Positions 1-7,708 of a stretch of DNA of 64,000 bases are shown here, one piece after another. The stretch is taken from positions 768,001 to 832,000 of the forward strand of contig CAVSDR010000003.1 of NCBI GenBank assembly GCA_963726745.1, given 5' to 3'. The notes beneath the pieces were generated by a model. It made no database searches. It was not told where the DNA came from and worked only from the letters and a program-made list of their open reading frames with translations. Within the stretch, counting starts at the first letter, position 1, and each line of letters starts with the position of its first letter. Made by a program: the position numbers and the translations under genes. Source of the DNA: an uncultured Verrucomicrobiae bacterium. GTDB taxonomy: Bacteria; Verrucomicrobiota; Verrucomicrobiia; Chthoniobacterales; UBA10450.

Positions 1-1004
1 GCGCGGCCACCAACCTCGTCGCCGGCCAGGTGGATGCGAACAGCTTCCAGGATGTCTTCCTGTGGGATCGGCTGAACGGCCAGACACGACTCGTTAGTCA
101 TGCGCTCGGCCAGCCGGCCACTGCGGGGAATGGTTTCTCGTTCGATTCCCCGCGCACCGGCACGCCCACGCTCAGCCCGGATGGACGCTTCGTTGCCTTC
201 GTTAGCTCCTCGAGCGACCTCGTCGCGGGGCAAAATGATCGCTTCGGCTTCAGCGGCGATCTCTTCCTCTACGAGACGAGCAGCGGGCAAAACATCCTCG
301 TGAGTCACCCTTATGATCGCGCCACCGGCGGCGGCAACAGCGGCTCGGGCGATTCCGAACACGTCGGCGGCCCGGTCTGGAGCGCCGACAATGCGCTGCT
401 TATTTTTGCCAGCCGCGCCTCCGATTTGATCGCGCAGGATCACAACAATCGCGAAGATGTCTTCGCGCTCGCGGTCGGGCCGGTCGCGCGGGTGGTCTCG
501 CGCCGGCAACACGGAGCCGGGGGTCCGTTTTTCGACGTGGACCTGCCGCTGAATGGCGCACCCGGGATCGAATGTCGCGCCGGCGGCAACTACTCGTTAG
601 TCTTTCAATTCCGCGGCCCGGTGACGACCGGCGCAGCCGCGATCACGGCAGGCACCGGCGCGATCGCCGGCACGAGCACCGATGGCAGCAGCGTGACCGT
701 GAACCTGACCGGCGTGTCCTCGCCGCAGCTCGTGCGCGTGAAATTAGCCGACGTGAATGACGGCCTCGCGCGCGCGGATGTGCAGGTGACCATGGCCGTC
801 GTCCTCGGCGACACCAACGCCGATGGCACAACCAATTCCGGCGACGCCCAGCAAACGCGCGGCCGCTCCGGGCAATTGGTCGAGGGCGAGAACTTTCGCT
901 CCGATGTGAACGCAGACGGCACGATCAATAGCGGCGACGCTTTCATCGTCCGGGCGCATTCCGGCGAAGGAATTTCCGCCACCGCGAGCAATGCGCGAAA
1001 GTAG
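1..1004 (+). CDS. Secreted TolB/PD40-like beta-propeller repeat protein with C-terminal dockerin-like domain (5' end outside window)
   Basis: Repeats like PTLSPDGRFVAFVSSSSDLV and PVWSADNALLIFASRASDL; duplicated dockerin-type Ca-loop motifs GDTNADGTTNSGD and SDVNADGTINSGD at the C-terminus; frame is open to the window edge. Confidence 0.75.
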   Translation, partial: AATNLVAGQVDANSFQDVFLWDRLNGQTRLVSHALGQPATAGNGFSFDSPRTGTPTLSPDGRFVAFVSSSSDLVAGQNDRFGFSGDLFLYETSSGQNILVSHPYDRATGGGNSGSGDSEHVGGPVWSADNALLIFASRASDLIAQDHNNREDVFALAVGPVARVVSRRQHGAGGPFFDVDLPLNGAPGIECRAGGNYSLVFQFRGPVTTGAAAITAGTGAIAGTSTDGSSVTVNLTGVSSPQLVRVKLADVNDGLARADVQVTMAVVLGDTNADGTTNSGDAQQTRGRSGQLVEGENFRSDVNADGTINSGDAFIVRAHSGEGISATASNARK

Positions 1005-1036
1005 CGCGTTGCCGGGCGCACTCACGCGAGGACGCT

Positions 1037-1612
1037 CTAGTTCGGCTTCCCGTCGCGCCCGCTGTTCGGGCGTTTGACGGTGAAGATGGTGATCGTGCGC
1101 GCCTGGTTGTCTGCCCCTTCGGCGACCACTCTAAACAGCGGCTGCTTCGGCCGGGCGACATCCCAGGCGACGACCTTTGCATTAGCAATCGGCGCTTTCT
1201 TGACCTCGCCGATCTTGTCGAACGCGAGTTCTTTCCCCGCGCGGAAAAAGCCGGTCATGTTGTTGACCCGTCCGGAGTCATCCGTCTTCAGAAAGATGGT
1301 GGAATAGGGGCCACCCTTCATTTGCCAGAGGACCTTGTAGGCGCCGCCTTCTCCCTCGTCTTCCTCGGTCTCCTGCTTGGTCGGTTGGCCGCCTTCCGCG
1401 AGCGGGTCGAGCTTCCGCCGCGCCGCCTCCACCGTGTCGCCTAATTTCACCCCCAGAAGCGAACCCATCACTTTGACGGTCTCGGCGTTGTGCAACCGCA
1501 CCGCATAGGGCGCGAGGCCGGAGGGGGCGGGCAGCGGCGAGGTTTCAGCGACCGTCTCCGCCTGCGCGTAAGGGACCGCGCAGGCGAAGAGGAGGGCGAA
1601 GGTTTTCTTCAC
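1037..1612 (-). CDS. Exported hypothetical protein
   Basis: Signal peptide MKKTFALLFACAVPYAQA; starts 8 nt after the stop of the 877-aa gene. Confidence 0.7.
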   Translation of the reverse strand: MKKTFALLFACAVPYAQAETVAETSPLPAPSGLAPYAVRLHNAETVKVMGSLLGVKLGDTVEAARRKLDPLAEGGQPTKQETEEDEGEGGAYKVLWQMKGGPYSTIFLKTDDSGRVNNMTGFFRAGKELAFDKIGEVKKAPIANAKVVAWDVARPKQPLFRVVAEGADNQARTITIFTVKRPNSGRDGKPN

Positions 1613-1620
1613 TGCGCGGT

Positions 1621-4254
1621 TCAGAACGGATTCTGAATCGTCAACTCGGTGCCGCCGCGAGTGGAGTCTTCCAACGCGGTGCTGTTCCCAAGCAGCGTCT
1701 GGCCGCGCAGGCCACAGAGGACAGAACCGAAGCCAATCGTCGGCCGATTCGCCCCGGTGAGGAAGCTGTTCAACTTAGACGACGAGATGCGCACGCTGAT
1801 GGTATTATTCTGCGAGTTGAAGAACGCCCGGTCGGCATCGCCCCGCTCGGTGCGGGTAATCCCGCCGCTAAAGGTCCGCACCGCTGTGCCCCACTTGGCC
1901 ACGCGCGTTCCCTGCGCCGAGGTGCGGGCCTCGATGTAGAACTGGTCACCATCGTCCGAAAGGCCGGTCGAATAGGAATTACCCGGGATGTTGATCACGC
2001 CAGTCTCCGGCGCGTTCGCGGTGAAATACATCCGCCAGGTGCCATTGGGCGGGACGGTGCTCAAGTCGGAGACCTTCATGGTCGCGGTGATCACCGGCCC
2101 GGCATTGCTATCCTGGAAGAGATACTTGATCGAGATGATGTCGATCGGGCTGTTGGTCGGCGTGACCGCGAGCAGGCCGCTGTCCTGGTCCTGCGCGAAG
2201 TCGGTCACCTGCTCACCATCAGGACCCGGCTGCATCGGTTGAGGCGATTTCTGCCCGGCGATGGGCGCAACCGTTCCCGGCGTAGCGAAAGGCTGTGCCG
2301 GCAACGCGGAACCTTCGACCTGAGCCGGCAGCGCGCCGGTGCCGTTAAAGGAGGGCCCGGAGATCTGGCGCGCCACAAAGGTGTGGCCGTCAAAGTCGTT
2401 ATGGTCATCCGTGAATCCCACGATGGCCGCGCCGCTCGGGTCGAGCACCACCTGGAAGTAGTCGATTAAATTGCGGTTCGGCGAAACGCCGGTCAGCGGC
2501 AGCCCTTTCAGCGAAATGTTCGAGGCGTGATTCGAATGGCTGCTGGCTTGGACGATGCGGAATTCCGGCGTGGCCGCCTTCGCATTGAAGCTCTGGGCGA
2601 AGTAAACCCGCCAGCGGGCGTTATCGTCGTTCGAGTCGTTGTCGGTCGCATACCAGGCGACGGCGACGGAGCCAGGTACAGGACCGGCCGCCAGCCAGGG
2701 CATGAGGTTCAAACGCTCGCGAGGATCCGCGGAGTCGTTCACCGCGACCGGCGCGCTCCAGGAAGTCCCTTCGTCGGTCGAATGGACCAAGTAGATATTG
2801 CGCCCATCGGAGTAGACCCCGTAGATCGTGTGATCGTCGGCCACGCGGATCGGGAAGAAGATGTTCGCGGAATCGACCGTGGCTGGAACGGCCTGGTGCA
2901 CCACGTAAGTCTGAGGCGCATCCGCTGGAGTGCCGCCTCCGGTATTAGCGGAGGGTTTGCCGACCGCGACTTTGCCGTCGTTGCTGCTCACGTAGACCAC
3001 CCCGGTGGTGCGATCGACTTCCAGCGAGCCCGTTTGCGGGAAGGCCACCCCGCCCGCGGGGAACGCAGGACCGTAGCTGAAGCCGCCATTGGTCGACTGC
3101 TGAATGAAAGCCAGTCCTTGGGCGAAATTGCGATAGACCTGGTAGACGATGTTGTTGTTAAAGAATCCGAGCCATTCGCGGTCGTTGACCGGCACGCCGC
3201 CGATGATGTTGCCGACTGGATTGAAGGCAAACGTCTGACCGCGATCCAGCGTTGTTCCGAGGGTGAGGTTGGCTGCGGTCAAGCTGGAGTAAGCCAGCAC
3301 TGGCACCCCGGGCTCCTGATTTTGGTTCACGTTCCCTTTCGCGCCGGTGTAGGGACCGAAGCCGACGGCTAAATCGATATCGCCCCCGCCCAGGGCACCC
3401 GCGGAGAGCTGCGATTGCAGGGTGGTGTCGAATAACGAATCCGGCTGGCCGCGATATATCGGCACGCGCATGAAAGGATCGTAGTTTGGATTCACCGCCC
3501 CAGGCGCGTTGCCCTCCTGCGTCCGGCGCGCTCGCGCGGCCGAAGACGGCGCCGGCAACGTCGGTCGCAGGTCGAAGTAGAATAAATCAACGCCAGCCGG
3601 CACCCCGCGAATCCCGCAGATGTAATAGTTCCCGAAAGTGTCGATCCGGCTGCTCGGCTCGCCGTCGGAGTTGGCCGTGCCAGTCTTGGTGGGTGAGCTC
3701 GGCGAGAAGGTGATGCCACCGTGGGTATAGGTCGCGGTGCGCAAAGCGGAGCCGGTGAGGACGCTGATGGTGCCCACGGGTTGGTCGGCGCCCGGGGTGT
3801 TTGTGAAGTAGGTGATGTTGACGTTGTATTCGCCGGGAACCACCGGATTGAGCGAGAACTGCTCCTGGGTCGAAGGGGCGCCGCTCCCGGAGGTACCGAT
3901 TTCTTCGCCATCGCTCCCGTCCGGGTTGCGCTTGTGAATCTGGAGATCGTAATCGTTTGCCGGCACCTGCCAGTTGATTCTGATCTGCACGAGCTTGCCC
4001 GTGTAGTCGTTTACATTGCCGGAGATGCTCAGGTGAAAGGTGTCTTTGTTGACCCCCAAAATGGCAGCCGAGGGGTCAGCCGCGCCGGTGCCCACCGCCG
4101 TGCCGGTGAAAGTGCCGGTAAAGGGGGCCACGGGCCCAGCCGGGGTAATCGTGCCTGCCGGCGGAGCAGTGGCGCCGGCGCGTTCCGCCGCGAGGAGGGT
4201 GCAAAGCGCTGCCGCCAGCGTGGCGGAAGAACGAAGGAAGGTTTGGTATTTCAT
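1621..4254 (-). CDS. Secreted BNR/Asp-box (sialidase-like) beta-propeller protein
   Basis: Signal peptide; Asp-box-like motifs TLDRGQTF, STNGGFSY, STDEGTSW; N-terminal ANDYDLQIH module. Confidence 0.7.
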   Translation of the reverse strand: MKYQTFLRSSATLAAALCTLLAAERAGATAPPAGTITPAGPVAPFTGTFTGTAVGTGAADPSAAILGVNKDTFHLSISGNVNDYTGKLVQIRINWQVPANDYDLQIHKRNPDGSDGEEIGTSGSGAPSTQEQFSLNPVVPGEYNVNITYFTNTPGADQPVGTISVLTGSALRTATYTHGGITFSPSSPTKTGTANSDGEPSSRIDTFGNYYICGIRGVPAGVDLFYFDLRPTLPAPSSAARARRTQEGNAPGAVNPNYDPFMRVPIYRGQPDSLFDTTLQSQLSAGALGGGDIDLAVGFGPYTGAKGNVNQNQEPGVPVLAYSSLTAANLTLGTTLDRGQTFAFNPVGNIIGGVPVNDREWLGFFNNNIVYQVYRNFAQGLAFIQQSTNGGFSYGPAFPAGGVAFPQTGSLEVDRTTGVVYVSSNDGKVAVGKPSANTGGGTPADAPQTYVVHQAVPATVDSANIFFPIRVADDHTIYGVYSDGRNIYLVHSTDEGTSWSAPVAVNDSADPRERLNLMPWLAAGPVPGSVAVAWYATDNDSNDDNARWRVYFAQSFNAKAATPEFRIVQASSHSNHASNISLKGLPLTGVSPNRNLIDYFQVVLDPSGAAIVGFTDDHNDFDGHTFVARQISGPSFNGTGALPAQVEGSALPAQPFATPGTVAPIAGQKSPQPMQPGPDGEQVTDFAQDQDSGLLAVTPTNSPIDIISIKYLFQDSNAGPVITATMKVSDLSTVPPNGTWRMYFTANAPETGVINIPGNSYSTGLSDDGDQFYIEARTSAQGTRVAKWGTAVRTFSGGITRTERGDADRAFFNSQNNTISVRISSSKLNSFLTGANRPTIGFGSVLCGLRGQTLLGNSTALEDSTRGGTELTIQNPF

Positions 4255-4275
4255 AATGGAAGGAAAAAACCGCGC

Positions 4276-4962
4276 TCAGGCGCGGCGGCGCCGGGAATAA
4301 AGAGCCAGCGCGCTCAGACCGACGAGGCACAAGGCCACACTCCCCGGCTCCGGCACGGCGGTGCCGGTGAGGGAAAGCGTAGCGAAGATTTGCTGCGTTC
4401 CAGCGAGGTTCTGGTTCGGCAGGCGAAAGCCGTTGGACTGTGAGAGACCGGTGGTGTCGTAGATCGTGGCCACCAGCTGTCCATCCTGCAGGGCGGTGAG
4501 GAGCGCGCTCATGTTCGCCGGCGTGCCGGTGATCGTGAGCGTCACGTAATCTTTGTCCGCCAGGGCAAAGCTCGGGTCGTAATCGTTGAACCCATTCAGG
4601 AGCAACCCTTGCCCAAGATCGATTCCGTCGAGGCGCAGGCCTAACGAGTTTACGTCGAAGTCATCGTCGCCGTACTGCGCGCCATCCGGCGGATAGGGCG
4701 TATCCACGACCCCGTTCGAACCGAGACCAGTGTCGCCGTCGATGATCGTGAGCCGGATCGAGACCGAAGTGATGTCGAGCAATTGCGGCTGCAGCGCGAA
4801 ATTAAAAGCCGCCGCGGCGATCGGCGCCGACTGCCCGGCTCCGGTGGCGCCGTTGAAATTACTCTGGAGCTGGATGTCGCTGATCGTCGCCGCCGGCGAC
4901 TCCGCCAGCAGCCCTCCCGCGAGCACCCACGCCGCGGCAAAAAATACGCTCCGCTTCGTCAT
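4276..4962 (-). CDS. PEP-CTERM sorting domain protein
   Basis: Start revised to MTKRSVFF (ATG at 4962); C-terminal AVPEPGSVALCLVGLSALALYSRRRRA. Confidence 0.85.
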   Translation of the reverse strand: MTKRSVFFAAAWVLAGGLLAESPAATISDIQLQSNFNGATGAGQSAPIAAAAFNFALQPQLLDITSVSIRLTIIDGDTGLGSNGVVDTPYPPDGAQYGDDDFDVNSLGLRLDGIDLGQGLLLNGFNDYDPSFALADKDYVTLTITGTPANMSALLTALQDGQLVATIYDTTGLSQSNGFRLPNQNLAGTQQIFATLSLTGTAVPEPGSVALCLVGLSALALYSRRRRA

Positions 4963-4975
4963 TGGGCGAGCGGGA

Positions 4976-5578
4976 TTAAAGGTTGCGGCGAAAACGGCGC
5001 AACTGCGCCCCACCGGCGACCAGGAGACCCGCGCCCAGAAGCGCAACCGTCGCCGGCTCCGGCACTGCCGTGATCCGCAGGGTCGTCATCGCCATTTCCG
5101 CTCCAGACGGTCCGCCGCCCACGAAGATGTCGTTTGGCTGCAGGATGGTGTCATTAGGATTATTCGTCACGATCGTCCCGACGAAGCGTTTATCGGCAAA
5201 TTGGGCCAGCAGAGACATGGCCACCGCAGGACTCACCGGGCCGGAAATAGTCAACGTGTCCTCCAGGCCGTTGCCGCGAAAGCCATTCAGCGCCAGACCG
5301 GTGTTGATGCCGTCGAGAGCAAGAAAGAGATGATTAAAATCGAACTCCCCCATTGCCGAATTGCCGTCCTGCAAGGTCAGCGTGACTGAGATCGAGGCGA
5401 TCGAAGTGATCGTCGGCTGGCTGGTGAAATCGTAGCCGGTTCCGGTTGTCAGCGTTGCCGGAGTGGTGGTGGAAAGTTGCTGCTGCGTGTTTGTCTGCAG
5501 GTTAGGCGACGAGATGATCGTCTGCGCCGAGAGCGCGAGGGGAAAGAGGAGGGAGGAAAGAAGAAGGAGCCGTTTCAT
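4976..5578 (-). CDS. PEP-CTERM sorting domain protein, paralog of 4276-4962
   Basis: Signal peptide; C-terminal AVPEPATVALLGAGLLVAGGAQLRRFRRNL; core similar to neighbour (ITSIASISVTLTLQDG...FDFN.L.L.LDGI..GL.LNGF). Confidence 0.85.
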   Translation of the reverse strand: MKRLLLLSSLLFPLALSAQTIISSPNLQTNTQQQLSTTTPATLTTGTGYDFTSQPTITSIASISVTLTLQDGNSAMGEFDFNHLFLALDGINTGLALNGFRGNGLEDTLTISGPVSPAVAMSLLAQFADKRFVGTIVTNNPNDTILQPNDIFVGGGPSGAEMAMTTLRITAVPEPATVALLGAGLLVAGGAQLRRFRRNL

Positions 5579-5762
5579 AGTTGGAGAGGGAGCGGGGTTG
5601 AAGTGAGGCGACCTCCGGTGATCCGATTACCGTGAGGTTCCAGACGCAGTCACGTTGTAAACGGGCCGATCCCGCCGTCTGGTTGTGGACCGGACAGAAA
5701 TTTCTGGCGCCTATCGTTTTTTTTGGGGGCTTATGGCCGCCATCCAAACCGCCGGGCCGCGG

Positions 5763-6338
5763 CTAGAGTTTTGCCAGCGCGACCTGCGCGAGACGCTTGC
5801 ACCGCTCGAGCTGGTCTTTGCCGCCGGTGCTCACGCGCAGGATCACGTCGCCTTTGAGCACGTAGAGCGCTCCGCCGACCGCGTTGCCAGCCCAGAAGGC
5901 CTCTTCGCCCACGCCTTCCACTTTCAAGGGCGGCCGCTTTTCCTCGCCCTCTTCCCCGCGCTCGCGTTCGCCCTCTTTTTCGCCCGGGCCGAAAGTCTTT
6001 TCCCAATATTCCTGCGGCTGGCGGCCGGCCGGGCCCTGGCCGCGCTGCGTCACCGTGAGCACAATCGAGTTCGTGTGCGTCGGCAGCGTGTAGAAGCATT
6101 GCGAAACCGTGAAGGCCTGGCCTTCCGCAGGTGCCGTCGGCTTCGTCTCCGCGATCGCTTCGCCCTGGATTTCCTGGACCGCTGCCGCCGGGAGAAGCGC
6201 GCAGGCATCGACCGATCTCACCGGCTCATTCGTGGTCGTCCTCGGCTCCGCCTCCGCGGCTTGCTTCTCCGGCGCTTTTTCACAACCGGCGAGGGCGAGC
6301 GAAAATATCCCGAGCGTAACCAAAAATTTCCGCGCCAT
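5763..6338 (-). CDS. Lipoprotein of unknown function
   Basis: Start revised to MARKFLV (6338); lipobox LALAGC; DACALL and VEGVGEEAFW motifs. Confidence 0.7.
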   Translation of the reverse strand: MARKFLVTLGIFSLALAGCEKAPEKQAAEAEPRTTTNEPVRSVDACALLPAAAVQEIQGEAIAETKPTAPAEGQAFTVSQCFYTLPTHTNSIVLTVTQRGQGPAGRQPQEYWEKTFGPGEKEGERERGEEGEEKRPPLKVEGVGEEAFWAGNAVGGALYVLKGDVILRVSTGGKDQLERCKRLAQVALAKL

Positions 6339-6439
6339 GGCTGCGAGCGTGGCACCTTCGCAGAGCCCGTGCAACTCTCTCCCGTGGACGCGCCGCAAAC
6401 TGTGTGACATCGTCCGCTTCGCCTCCGCAATTGAAATTC

Positions 6440-7177
6440 ATGAAGCGCTTCTTTCCCTTTCTCCTCATCGCGCTCGTCGCCCTCGCCGCCGTCGCCGGTG
6501 GCGCGCTTTTCTACCGCGCGAAAGTGGCCGAGCTCACGCCCCAAGCGAAGGCCGGCACGACCGCCAGTGGCTCCCGCCAGGTCCATCTGCGCGGCAACCC
6601 GAAAGCGAAGGTCACCCTCAAGGAATTTGGCGATTTCCAGTGCCCGCCTTGCGGCATCCTCTCGGGTGTTCTCGCGCGCCTGGAGCACGATCTCGGCGAT
6701 GATCTCGCGGTCGTCTTCCGGAATTTCCCGCTCGAGATGCATCCGCATGCGATGGAGGCCGCCCTTGCCGCCGAGGCCGCCGGGGAGCAGGGAAAATTCT
6801 GGGAGATGCACGATCTCCTCTTCCGTAACCAAATCGCCTGGGCCAAGGAAACCGACGCCAAGCCGATCATCGAATCCTACGCGCGGGATCTCAGTCTCGA
6901 CCTCGAACGCTTCCGCAAGGATCTCGCCAGCCCCGCGCTTCGCGCCCGCATCGAGGAGGACAAGAAACTTGGCGACTCGTTAGGCGTCACCAGCACACCC
7001 ACCCTTTTCATTAACGACCAGCCGCTCGCGCCCTCGCACTTCAACGAGCCTTCGCTGCGCGCCGCCATTGCGGCTGCGCAACGCGGCGAAGCCGTCCCCA
7101 CCCCGCCGCCGCGCCCCTCGGTCCCGTCGCCGGTTTCCGCGACTCCGCCGCCGCTCGCGCCTACCCCGCAACCATGA
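6440..7177 (+). CDS. DsbA-family thioredoxin-fold protein
   Basis: EFGDFQCPPC active site, FRNFPL, GVTSTPTLFIN cis-Pro loop, N-terminal membrane anchor. Confidence 0.9.
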   Translation: MKRFFPFLLIALVALAAVAGGALFYRAKVAELTPQAKAGTTASGSRQVHLRGNPKAKVTLKEFGDFQCPPCGILSGVLARLEHDLGDDLAVVFRNFPLEMHPHAMEAALAAEAAGEQGKFWEMHDLLFRNQIAWAKETDAKPIIESYARDLSLDLERFRKDLASPALRARIEEDKKLGDSLGVTSTPTLFINDQPLAPSHFNEPSLRAAIAAAQRGEAVPTPPPRPSVPSPVSATPPPLAPTPQP

Positions 7178-7638
7178 CGCGCAAAAATAAAAACCCCGCC
7201 CCGCCGACTGAGACCGGCCAGCGCGCCCGCGCGGTCGTCTTCACTTTGGCCGCCGCGATCGCCCTCGCCGGCCTGGCCGAGACCACCTACCTCACGGTGA
7301 TGCATCTCTCCGGGGCCAACGTCGTCTGCGTGGCATCCAGCGGTTGCTCGCAAGTTCTGCGGAGCGCCTGGGCCAGCATCAAGGGCATTCCGCTGGCTAG
7401 TCTCGGCGCGCTCGCCTACTTCAGCGCCTTTAGCGCCGCCACGCTCGCGGCCTTCGGCTATCGCCGCGCCGAGACCTTCCTCGCGTTAATCGTCGGCGTC
7501 ATGTTCCTCGCCACTCTCGGCCTCCTCTACGTCCAGGCCCGCGTCCTCCACGCCTTCTGCGATTACTGCCTGCTCTCCGCCGCCTTCATTTTCCTTCTCT
7601 CCGGCCTGGTCATCGCGCTCCCCCGACGCGCTGCCTAA
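7174..7638 (+). CDS. Vitamin K epoxide reductase (VKOR) family membrane protein
   Basis: Loop cysteines CVASSGCSQV, CDYC redox motif, four hydrophobic segments; overlaps DsbA stop (ATGA). Confidence 0.9.
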   Translation: MTRKNKNPAPPTETGQRARAVVFTLAAAIALAGLAETTYLTVMHLSGANVVCVASSGCSQVLRSAWASIKGIPLASLGALAYFSAFSAATLAAFGYRRAETFLALIVGVMFLATLGLLYVQARVLHAFCDYCLLSAAFIFLLSGLVIALPRRAA

Positions 7639-7708
7639 TTTTCTGCTCGGCGAAGATTTTTTCGCGCATCGGACAGCCGTTGTCCGCCCGGTCTGCTAGG
7701 ATGGGCGG

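Noticed and set aside
6440..7638. DsbA-VKOR pair as a novel system
   Set aside because: A well-known alternative to DsbA-DsbB disulfide formation.
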